Shown: in pieces, positions 12,306 to 23,218 of the stretch
Numbering within the stretch: position 1 is the first letter of the stretch
Layout: each line of letters begins with the position of its first letter
Origin: Carcharhinus longimanus
Taxonomy: Eukaryota
DNA: 64,000 nt
Direction of reading: 5' to 3'
Assembly (NCBI GenBank): GCA_030264375.1
Contig: JASCQW010000112.1
Span: 15,538,953-15,602,952 of the forward strand
Notes under the pieces: model-generated
The model's input: the letters and a program-made list of their open reading frames with translations, nothing else
Database searches by the model: none
What the model was told of the DNA's origin: nothing
Made by a program: the position numbers and the translations under genes

Positions 12306-12650
12306 CGGCACGGTGGCACAATGATTAACACTGCTGCCGCGCAGCACCAGGGACACAGATTCAATTCCGGCCTTGGGTGACTGTCTGTGTGGAGTTTGCA
12401 CATTCTCCCCACGTCTGCGTGGGTTTCCTCTGGGCATTCCAGTTTCTTCCCACAGTCCAAAGATGCGTGGGTTAGATTGATTGAACGTGCTAGAATGCCC
12501 CTTAGTATGCCAAAATATGCAGGCTAGAGGGATAAGTGGGGTAAATTTGTGTGGTTATGGGACAATGGTCTGGATGGGGTGCTCTATCAGAGAGTTGGCA
12601 CAGACTCGATGGGTTGAACGGCCTCCTTCTGCACTGTAGGGATTCTATGA
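12306..12650 (+). mobile_element. HE1-type SINE, full length
   Basis: cggcacggtggcac..ttcaattcc..core..ctgcactgtagggattctatga. Confidence 0.92.
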
Positions 12651-13396
12651 AAAACAAGTTAACTTTGAAGTCTGAGCAACTTTACCCATTCAGTTCAGTG
12701 ACACAATCAACAAACTTGTAGGTGACCATTTAAAATTACACATTCACTATTGTGGGTGCATGGCTTTGACACAGATCACAAGGGGACAGCAGTAGGTTTG
12801 TAGGTGGAGGGTGGTGCAATGTGAGGGCAACTGGAAAAGAAACTTTCGCGAAGTATTAAAAACTGTTAAAAATGTTGGATGAGAACAAAATAGTAAAAAT
12901 AGTGATACCTGTTACTGGGGGTAACGCCAGAAAAAGGGGAAGATTACTCAGCTCCTCAAGCCTGTCCTGCAAATGATGTATAAGCAGAACTCACCTCAAT
13001 GTAACAAAAACCTGGGCGTTTATATCTTTAGACCTTCAGTTTGTAATGTTTGTGCAGTTTTGTCAGAAGAAATGCTTGTGGGTCAAATGTTAAGTATTTT
13101 CTCCTTCCTCCATCCTGTACCCAAAAATCAACAAGCAATCTGTTGACGTTGTCATACTCTTAATATTCAGAAACAGATTTGTACAGTAACAACCATTCGG
13201 GAATTAAAAGTACTCCATTATAATCACTGGGGTACTAAGTTTATGTTCCAGTAATCACGCAGATTTTTCACAAATCAAGTGCTCCAGAGCGATGTTTGCT
13301 CTAACCTGCAGGTTGACGTGCCAATCTAACGCCACACACAAAGCGTGTGAAGAGTATTTTGCTGCCCTGCCAACCAATGCTTCATGAAGCGGTGAT

Positions 13397-13696
13397 GCCA
13401 CGGTGGGACACTGGTTAGCGCTGCTGCTTCACAGCACCAGGGACCTGAGTTTGATTCCCAGCTTGGGTCAGTGTTTATGTGGAGTTTGCATTTCCGCCCC
13501 GTGTCTGCATGGGTTTCTTCCAGGTACTTCGTTTTCCTCCCACAGTCTGAAAGACATGGTGGTAAGGGGCGTTGGCTACGCTAAATTCTCCCGGGGTATC
13601 CAAACAGGTGCCAGAGCATGCTGACTAGGGGATTTCCACAGTAACTTCATTGCAGTGTTAATGTAAGCCTACTTGTGACACTAATAAATAAACTTT
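13397..13696 (+). mobile_element. V-SINE with alternative 3' tail
   Basis: HE1-like head and core; tail ..gcctacttgtgacactaataaataaac. Confidence 0.85.
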
Positions 13697-14468
13697 AGTG
13701 ATTTCCACTGGTGCCTGATCCTGTTTGATGAATCTGGCCAGATGACATGTGGCAACAGCCGATTGGCTGGCAGCTCGCCCAATGACAGTGAAGGATTGGG
13801 GGAGGTAGTGAGGGGGGAGAGGGAAAGAGAGAGAGAGCATGCGAGGGAGCTCTGGTAGTGAGAAATGGTGGAGAAAATGAGTTGCCATTTAAGAGGTCAA
13901 GGGGACTGTCTGATCTGCTGTGAACTGGAAAGAGATCATCGCCACATTGTTGAGGCACGAGTTGATGAAATGATGTATTTTTACTGATGTTATCCCAGCA
14001 GAAATTCGAGCATTTGCAGAATCAGCCCTGCCCATACGAATTAGGAGTGGGCCACATGGCTCCTCACACTTGCTCACCCATTCAATAAGGACGTGGCTGA
14101 TCTGAATGCAACTTCAACCCCACATTCCTGCCTTGTTGATCAAGAATCAGCCTTAAAAATATTCATGCTCAGAAAGCAGCGAGTAGGAATTAAGTTATGG
14201 AGAGTAGTTAAGTTTACTTAGTTAGGGCTGGTAAATGTTAGTAAGAGGATTTTTGGATGAGTTAGGTTCACCTAACAAAATTCAGGTTGAATTAGGGGTT
14301 CATTCTTTATGGATATTGACAGAGTTTGTGTCCTTTTTTCCGTTAATGATGTATGCCCTCAATCAAGGTGTTACCAGCAAAATTTGAATTGCAAAAACAT
14401 AGACGCCAATTACTAAGCATCAAACCTCCTCCCAAATTTCAGGACCAAATTAAGTAACTAAGACAGCT

Positions 14469-14548
14469 GCCGGAATTTTACTGGCATGTCCACCCCAGAA
14501 TTGGGACTGGCGAGGCTTGCAGAACAGCATTCTCAGTAAAATTCCAGC
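14469..14548. mobile_element. MITE-like element
   Basis: TIRs gccggaattttact / agtaaaattccagc. Confidence 0.6.
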
Positions 14549-15140
14549 AAGCATCCCCACATGCATATTCTACACTACGTTATAGACATCTGCACTTTCA
14601 CATCAGTCATGACTTGGTTGTCTAGAAGCAGCTAGACAACCAAGTTACATCTCCCAAAATAAAATATTTTATTCAATATAGTGTGGCGCTCACAATGAGC
14701 AGTGTAGTTCAAGCAAAATTAACTGAGCATACTTGGATGATTACGACTCACTTGCATTTGAAGTGCTAATGCATTTATCTGCACATTTTGTACAAGTTTG
14801 TAACATCCTTTCTCCTACATATATGAATTAGCAGCACATCTGGAAGCAGGTAAGCAACAGAATAATCTCGGCAAAAAATGTGTCAAACTCACAAATACTT
14901 GTGAGACAAATATCTAGTTCATGGTTCATGTTACTGTTTCAAAGGTAATATTTAGTCCTGGGAAAATTTTTGTTGTCAGGCAAGGTAACTAAAATGCTGG
15001 GCTTTAGAGATTGCCAGAACATCTAAAAGGAATTAGCAGTTCAGAAGTTTACCCCTATCTGTTTAAGGGAATCCGAATAGGAGATAAAAACAGGTGAGAT
15101 TACTTAGCTGGAGAATGAGAGATGTTGACAGAAAACTTTC

Positions 15141-15252
15141 AGCTGGGATTCTCCAGTGAATCCGGTGAATGGAGTTTTGGCCGGAACGCTAAATTCAAAT
15201 TCTCCATTTTCACTTGCAGTGTGGCAGGCACTGACGAGATCGGAGAATCCCC
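15141..15252. mobile_element. MITE-like element
   Basis: TIRs gggattctcc / ggagaatccc; internal similarity to 6085-6219. Confidence 0.55.
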
Positions 15253-15259
15253 CTCACCC

Positions 15260-16201
15260 CGTGATGTGCACATTGTTTGAAGTGCATTCCAGAGAGATGT
15301 TTCATTTTGGGAGTTAGAGCTGAATGAGTTTAAAAGCTTTCCATGAAGCCTGAAGGGCTACGTTGTCATGGAGATGGCTAGAGCTTAAAAAGGTGCTGCT
15401 GTTGGCAGGCTCCAGGCAGTTAGGGCTTGGAGAAGCACTGGGAGCCTTATAGTGTAGCTGTTGGTTGTGGTTTGGACCTCATTTGTTTTGCAGCTCACAG
15501 AGAAACACTGCAGGAGCTGTTAGTTGGATTCAGGCAGTTGAGTTGAGAGAAGTCCTGGGAAGTTTAGGAGGCAGCAGAAAAATCACTGGTTCTGTGCCAG
15601 GTAGTTAGGACTGAGAGAATCCTTGGGACCATTTATGGCTTGATTCAGCCAGGACAGCAGAGTTCTAAGAACCTTCAGGCAGTGCCAACTTAGTGAAGTT
15701 AGTGGTTTGTGAAAGAGTTTTAGTTGTACCAGCAATTAAAGGCAGTACTGCAGCTTTGCGAAGCTCACGGAGTGCAGTTTCAGGACAGATTGAACCTAGG
15801 AGATAAAATTGAGGAGGCCTGAGTCAGAGTAGCTTTTCAGACAATTCAGAAGTGAAAAGTTACAATCCCTTGTGAGGTAGAAAGTTTTACCAAGATTCTG
15901 TGACTCCATGGATTCTGTTTTGGTTGCATCTACCATTTTGATCAGTGTGCCTGTTAATTCATATTGACCTTATATTACTTTCAAAAATACATGATAGACA
16001 TCGTAGATTGTTTTGTTTTTCTTCTCTGACTTTGAAAAAGATAGTTTATTTTGTTTATTTAAGAACTTGGGAACTTGTGGATCTATTCTTCCAATGGGTA
16101 ACTTTCTACTTCAAACTTTGTCTACTTCAAACAAAGGTCCCTAAATCAGAGTACTCGACTTAGTTGTTCCTATTTCAAAGCACTTTTGTATCAATATAAC
16201 A
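15260..16201. mobile_element. Solo LTR (Gypsy-like), 942 bp
   Basis: (C)GTGAT...ATAACA termini flanked by a 4-bp direct repeat ACCC (15256-15259 and 16202-16205). Confidence 0.6.
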
Positions 16202-16965
16202 ACCCACCTTCTGGTAAGGGGGGAGGGTTTGGGGGAGATGTGAAGAGAGCAGCGAAAGATATCATACACTTTTTGAAGCAAAATTGCAAACACATTCTTT
16301 GGAGGTAGGTTTTAAACTTCATTGAAAATAAATGCTGAAAGGAAATCTTCCTAGCTAGTCTTCCAAGTAAATAGAGATTGCAGTAGAGATGATGCTTCAG
16401 TGACTAGCTACAGTTATGCTAATCTGAGTGAATGAGCAAACATCAAAGGGGGAAAAAAAATGACAACTTTGAACTCATCATGTTAGAACTAACCTGATCA
16501 AAATTAGAATATTTCAGGGAACCCCAAAGTACAATCATTCATTTTAAAGTGCAGATAAAGAGATCAGCTTCTTAACAAGAATACTGCTCCTGCAACAATA
16601 AATGTTACTTCAGATTTTCATGCCTGTGCACAGAGATTAGAAACCATACAAAATATGTGTGAACAAAATATCAATAAGATTAATATTCGTTTGCCAAGTC
16701 TTGGGCTACACACAGAATTTTGTATAGGAGCAGAATCAAGATTAACCCCACGTCCTCGTCTTCACTTAATAGGAGTACCATACCAACCTTCCTTTCTTCT
16801 CTCCTGGGAGTTCAATCACTTTTAAAGTAATATGGTCTCTAATGGTAGAGAAGCAAGAGGCAATAACAAGCATCTCAAGGTGAGTAATGGACGTAATGTT
16901 GAACAGTCAGAGCAAATTGGAAGCCATCACAATCAATGAATCCCAGGCTTGCAACAGTGCTGCTT

Positions 16966-17879
16966 TTAAGAGTTTAGTGATTTCAAAAACAACTTTTTTG
17001 TTGCTGGCTATCACTTTTAACAATATTGATTTATAAGCATCACACATATAATTCTTGGTTTGGATACTTCTAAATTGGAACTTGATAATGAACAGGTTGA
17101 AATAGCAGGTGTTTCACGCTCAAGGTGTTTTAGGAAAAGCACTCTAAGTTATTTAAGCTTCCTGAGGTGGGAGACAGTGATGGTAAAGGTGGTGCAAATA
17201 GGATTGGCAACTTGTTGGACAGGGCCTCACATGGCCCTAATGGTCAATGATACATGTGTGCGCTCAGCCATGTCAAAGGCCAGTAGATGGAAACACTATT
17301 TCATATTCTGTTTCTGCCAACATGAGGGCCAGCAGCAGATCTCTCTTAATTATTTTGTTTCAGGTAAATGACTAGACCAATTCTTGCTGGGTGGACAACA
17401 ATGACAATGATCACTCTCCTGACAACAACAGCTACACGAGAGGTGCCAATCATGCACATGCCTGCATCCTAGACAATATGTACAGCTAACCTAAGGGTGG
17501 GAAAGGAGACCGGATAAAGGAATCCAACATGTACACCTCAAATAAGAGCACCTTAACTTCACACACAATCAAACAGTTGTAGTACCTATGGGACCAAATT
17601 CAGGCAATGCAAAAATGCCACCCTGAACTGACCTGGCCTGACATTGCGCTTGATGAACCCTGGGTACAACACAATAACAGGTGCTGGTAACTGCAAGGTA
17701 ATGCAAGGTAGGCTTAAAGGACAACATTGGCAAGAACTTAAGTGTTTAGTGATTTCAAAAACAACTTTTTTGTTGCTGGCTACCACTTTTAACAATATTG
17801 ATTTATAAGCATCACACATATAATTCCTGGTTTGGATACTTCTAAATTGGATCTTGATAATGAACAGGTTGAAATAGCA
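16966..17879 (+). repeat. 142-bp direct repeat pair (16966-17107 and 17738-17879)
   Basis: Aligned by eye: 4 mismatches in 142 bp. Confidence 0.92.
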
Positions 17880-18956
17880 AATGTTATTAATCGATTAGGA
17901 AGTATCAATGTGAAATATTAGGATTTGTCAACATGCAGCTGTCAGAAACCAATAGTGCCCCAACATTGTGCCACTTCTTAATGCCTGCATGATTAGAACA
18001 GGGAATACAAAGGTGTTATTCCATGACATTACCTAGGTCAGATTAGAGGTTACATACAACCTAAGCAGAATCACCCCAGTATTAGAGGTCAATTCTAACA
18101 ATTCAGGATCAATCGCTTGGGTGGAGCACAAATTGCACCAGTCGATCACAAGAATCCAGGGTAAGGAAGACCAAGGATAAAAACAAGTCCTTGCTTGGAA
18201 ACATTTGGGGATGTTGTGGGGGTTTATTTGGGCTACACAAATTCAACACTAATTTCATGGTGAATCGGAGGTGAGATGATTAGATCCTGTGGATGGCGCC
18301 AAGAATGCCAGAGGCCTGTAATTAACTGCACAAGGGACAGGATAGCAGACTGGCTTTGGTCAACTTGGAACCAGAGAAAAAAAGAACTATTGGTGACTCA
18401 GCCGACTTGCAGCCGAGAGGTTTGCACTCTTAAATTCTTAAGGAAAGGGAGAGGAAAGTATATGTAACATTGAATCTCTGGGGGTGGCACATAGAGTGGG
18501 ATCCTATGAATGTGAGATGACACATTTCTCATGACCTTGGCTGAGTTCTGTACCAATTCAGAAAATTATAGTGTACACCTTATAGTATACCTTAAGATTG
18601 ATAGGTGGCAACTCAGTGGTGATGGTCGCAGTGGAGCCTTTCAGAAAAGCCTTCCAGACAGTCCAAACGTTACTCGACCTAGTGATGTTTCCTGATAGAC
18701 AAAAATACCAATCTTTATGGAGGATTGGGCTGCAAGAACAGTAGCAACTTCTGTCTTCAGATTCCTAATTCATTAACTTGAACAGACTTCCATCTAGTGG
18801 AAAAGACTATAAGAGATATAGTTTTCAGTCCCTGCTGGAATTAAAGTTAAAGGATGGTAACGTGGCAGGTAAGTTGCTTGAACAGCATGAGGAGAAGGAC
18901 CATCAACGGCTAAAAGCTATATCCACTGCTGTCAGCAAGCTATCACCAAGTTGAGT

Positions 18957-19232
18957 GGGGCGGGGGGAGGGGGAGGGTATAAAGAAGATTGAGGAACAGG
19001 CTGTGTGGGGATATGAGGGGATAGAGAGGAAGCCGAAGACCTCAACTTACACCAGTCACAAAATGCGAGCCCCGGTCCCGAACCCACAACCCTCACTCCA
19101 ATGGAACTCAGCTCCAGCTGATTCCGCTCAAATTGCTACACTCCGCCACACTGCGCAGGCGCGGCTCACCAAACCGGGGAAAGGGGGCGGAACTTCCAGT
19201 CTGCTCTGTCCATGTCCTGTCAATCAAGATGC
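18957..19232. promoter_or_regulatory. Small CpG-rich promoter-like island
   Basis: NRF1-like TGCGCAGGCGC (19152-19162), GC box GGGGGCGG (19183-19190), ETS-like CGGAA/ACTTCC (19188-19197), G4 motif (18957-18977), minus-strand donor GT|GTAAGT at 19050. Confidence 0.45.
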
Positions 19233-19299
19233 AGGTACTGCTGCTGCTAAAGTCCTGACCAGTTCCCTGGTGAATATTACAGCATCTTCAGCTTATTGT

Positions 19300-19568
19300 T
19301 ATTGGTTAGAATGCAGAATCTTATATACATGTGCAAGTCCTGGCTGGAGATAATACACATCTCTTTAACCTGTGCTTGGCCCTCTCTCCACTCACATTAT
19401 CTGCACCTTTAAGACTTGATTACCTGTGAAGACTAATTTCAACCATTATCTTGTAAATTGAGTTTATGTCTGTAGATGCCCTGTTTGTGAACTCAAGTAC
19501 TCACTCAAGTACTTGAGCTGCCAAGTAAACCTGTTGGACTTTAACCTGGTGTTGTGAGACTTTTCACT
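19300..19568 (+). mobile_element. Penelope-like 3' terminal fragment
   Basis: ataatacacatctctttaacctgtg..aagacttgattacctg..aaacctgttggactttaacctggtgttgtgagac. Confidence 0.7.
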
Positions 19569-20369
19569 ATTCTCACACTGCACAGGGATGAGGTGGTGGT
19601 TCCCCCAAGCTTGGGGGCATGAACAGACAGGGTGGAGGCTCTGTGGGTGAACAAAGTGAAATTTATTGACAAACATGCAGAACAAGATTGTGATCTTACT
19701 GCAATAGTGTCTAAATTCACCCGTGCTCACGAAGTGCTTACGGTTTCTTAATCCTCCTTATCCTCCCACTACATCTGGGTGTCTCCCCAGGATCCACAGC
19801 TGAGCTTAAGGTGGCCTCCTAACTTACACGCCCTTTTGCCTGAGATGTCTTTGGCTGCAATTCTCTGTAATTGTTGTGAGACAGGTGCTGGTGAGCTGCT
19901 TATGTGGAGCACCCCAGGGCTTGCAGTAGTTTAGTTACACAGCGGGTGAACCAGAGGGAGTGCGCTGTTGGAGCGGTATGAAACCCATGGGAACTTGATA
20001 CTAATGAGCCATAAGATTTGGCATTGAAACACACTGGGCCCATTATTCTATCATTTTTTGGTAAGATTTCACCCATAATGCTTAGTTAGAATTCAGGACT
20101 GAATAAATTAGTTATTGAAGATTGCACAAAGGAGTTAAATGGGGAGGAATGTGGGAATTCTTCCTTTAAGGGCAACACAGAGTAAGGGTCACCAGGCCTG
20201 TGTGCCCATTCAGCACTCAGAGTGGGGAATCAGCCCCAGGGGAGGAGTTCTCCTAGGCAGAGGTATTTTAGAGCCCGGTGCAAACATACTCCTTCTACTG
20301 AAGATCACTAATGAAGTCTCTGGAAGTGCATCATTACAGAAACTAAACAATTAGAATTAGGAATGCACA

Positions 20370-20860
20370 AGAAGTCAGAATTAGAGCAATGGAGGTATCT
20401 TAGAGGATGATGGGGTTAGAGGAGATAACAGAGATCGATTGGTGCAAAGAGGAATTTGAAAACCAGGATGACAGTTTTAAAATCAAGACCAGAAACCAAT
20501 GTGGCTCAGTCAACACAGGTGTTTAAGGGAAACAGACTTGCTGTGAGTTGGAACACGGTGTCAGAATTTTAGATGTCATTAAGTTTACAGCAGATAGAAT
20601 GTGGGAGACCGGTCAGGAGTTCACTGCAACAGTCAGAGCTGGAGGTATTAAAGGCATGAATGACTGTTTCAGCAGAAGATGAGCTGAATGAAGTCAGATG
20701 ATGTTCCACAGGTAGAAATAGGTGCTGTTAGTGATGGTACAATTATAAGGTTGGGAGCTCATCTCAGGATCAATGGTGGCAGCAAGATTGTGAACAGACT
20801 GGCTTAATTTCGCATTGTTTCAGTGAGGGGGATGGAGTCAACAGCTGAGAATGGGAGTTT
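20370..20860 (-). mobile_element. Old L2-like LINE fragment
   Basis: Degenerate reverse RT C-terminal region similar to 28300-28870. Confidence 0.5.
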
Positions 20861-20861
20861 A

Positions 20862-21019
20862 ATAGAACATAGAACACTACAGCTCAAACAGGCCATTCGG
20901 CCCACAAGTTGTGCCGATCATATCCATACCTACCAGGCCATGGAACTATCTGTAACTCCCAATCCCATTAAATCCCATGTACTCATCCAGAAGTCTTTTA
21001 AAAGACCCCAGCGAGTTCG
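20862..21019 (-). mobile_element. Young CR1-like 3' tail next to a gap
   Basis: atagaacatagaacactacagc..caggccattcggccc. Confidence 0.75.
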
Positions 21020-21849
21020 NNNNNNNNNNNNNNNNNNNNNNNNNNNNNNNNNNNNNNNNNNNNNNNNNNNNNNNNNNNNNNNNNNNNNNNNNNNNNNNNN
21101 NNNNNNNNNNNNNNNNNNNTAGCCAAAAAAACGAGGGATTCCATCAATAACTGTGCCGTGGACAGCTGAATGCAGTAGAATTGGTGGGAAACAGGCAGAA
21201 CCTTTGTCACTTCAGTGCTCATTCTGATCATGTGTCTTTGTACTTAAGTGTTAATTTAGCGACTAAAAATAAAGTATTTTAAGTTGGTAATGTTGTCAAA
21301 ATGGGGTTCACACTAGTTTCATCTGCATCAGTACCACTTCCAGAGAAGAGGAGCAAAGTCAATATGCATAGTATTTAATTCAGTGCATCCTGTTCTGGGG
21401 CTTGGTGAACATTACCGGGATGACCATCAAAGCTGCAAAAGAACTACAAATTGACTAGGAATGCAAATAGAACCAAGGATTTGTGTGAACAATCCTGAGG
21501 GTCCAGTCAGATGGGTTGTGACCACCTGGGTTAGATGTGATATATCTAGGGGCCAGTAGAAGGGATTGATGTAGAGAATAAAGACTTAAGATTTATACAA
21601 TGATATTTTCTCTTTGGCTATACCTTTCCCACTACAACCCTTGGCCGACACATCTGGCCTGTTTCACTAGAGATGAAGTTAGTGCAGTTGATAAGCTCGA
21701 ACCATTTGCTGTTTCCCCACATTTGAACATTTCTACGAGCTAGCCTTTGAGTGTATGATCGAATGTGCTGACCAGGGAAAGATTAAGACCACGAGGTAAA
21801 ATGAAGCCAAAATAAGACCAGGGCGCAGCCAGCTGAATGCTGTTTTTTT

Positions 21850-22085
21850 TTAGAAAAGAAATTTGTGGGATATGGGCATCACTGACTGGCTAGCATGATT
21901 GCTCATCCTTGATAAGGTGGCGGTGAGCTGCTTTCTCAAATCTCTGCAGTCCACGTGCTGTGAGTTAACCCAGAATGCCATTAGGGAGGGAATTCTAGGA
22001 TTTTGACCCAGTGACTGCAAAGCAAAATATATTTCCAAGTCAGGGCGGTGAGTAGCTTGGAGGGGAACTTGCAGGTGGTGATGTA
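21850..22085 (-). mobile_element. Non-LTR LINE 3' end fragment
   Basis: Reverse reads a degenerate GLQRFKKAAHHHLL-type RT end (aaggtggcggtgagctgctttc..ctgcagtcc). Confidence 0.55.
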
Positions 22086-22401
22086 AATGCTTCTGTAATT
22101 ACATTTTTTTTAAAATAAGAGACTCTGGAGTTTGAATCTCTTCCCCATATGCTTGTAATAATTTTGTGCTCAGACTCTTAGTTTTTAAAGCTTTGTGAAA
22201 ACACACAACACAGTAAATTACTACCATGCAATCAGTAGCCTCACTGTAGCAGTAACTCAGAACTTTGATGTCTGTACCAGGTAATATGCAATATAAATTT
22301 GAGAAGAAAAAACACTATTTGCATTTGAACATGAACAAAGTAATCATCAAATAGGATACATAATATAGTATGGCCTATATAAAATTTTCATTGGAAGGTA
22401 C

Positions 22402-22407
22402 TTTATT
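22402..22407 (-). promoter_or_regulatory. Candidate VRK1 polyadenylation signal (AATAAA), implying a 3' UTR of about 0.7 kb
   Basis: + strand tttatt at 22402-22407, in repeat-free AT-rich sequence downstream of the stop codon. Confidence 0.5.
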
Positions 22408-23099
22408 TTGTTTAAAACATGTTAGCAGTTGCTTTTTACGAACAGCTTAAGAATCAAGTTATACTCTCAAATGATCAGAAAGTAAGAAAAATAAATGTTT
22501 AAATATTTATATCGCTCAAGTAATGCAACAGTCAAGTTTACAATATTACATTTCTTCTTTAAAAACAAGTTCAAAGTAATTTCCAGGTTACACACTGTAA
22601 GGAGGCACAATGAATTCTTCCAAATTTCACCACCACTTAAAATAACCTGCTATCCTGAGGCGCTCTAAGTCATAGCCCAATATCCTAGAAAATTGTGAGC
22701 AGGGGCAGATAATGCAAAGCGCTAGAGCCCCGGCTATTTATCCTTTTAATAAAACTTTTCTTTTACTTTCCCCTCTGAAAAACAAAAGAGGGCATTTAAC
22801 ATTCGTCATGACTTGCCATTGTATATGTTGGACCATCATGATATTGCATATTATTAGTCTGCTTGTTTAGAAAACTGAAAGACAGCAACAACGCACGTCT
22901 GTGTTGTGTATAAAGAGAATCAAACTTTTAATGTCTCAATTTTTACTTCAGCAACAAAGAAGCATAACACAAAACCCAGTATAAAAATGCTTAGAGATTT
23001 TCTTTCCAAAAAAACAAGACCAATTTTCAGAACAACTTCATTCTAAAGAATCAGACTTTAATAAAAAGCAGAGGACAATCATAATATGATTGTTTCTTT

Positions 23100-23218
23100 T
23101 TAACATTTAGTTAGATGTTTTCTTTTGCCAGGACTTGTCAAGGCCGAAGGAGAAGTCTGAGTGCCTATTTGAACCATCTCTACTTTCTTCAAACTCCTTT
23201 TTGCTGCCGGCTTCTTGG
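23100..23218 (-). CDS. VRK1: VRK1 terminal coding exon (coding part, 119 nt)
   Basis: tttctatttaaag acceptor, phase 1; encodes (A)[38 protein letters not shown]-stop; followed by an AT-rich UTR-like sequence. Confidence 0.8.

Noticed and set aside
18955-19353. 132-aa ORF over the GC-rich island
   Set aside because: GTG start; openness is explained by GC richness; it runs into a Penelope fragment.
21291-21651. Possible solo LTR (TGTTGTC...GACACA with AATAAA)
   Set aside because: No TSD and weak terminal repeats; not enough support.
22400-23099. Several UUUUAU (CPE-like) motifs in the VRK1 3' UTR
   Set aside because: Expected by chance in such AT-rich sequence; needs conservation data.
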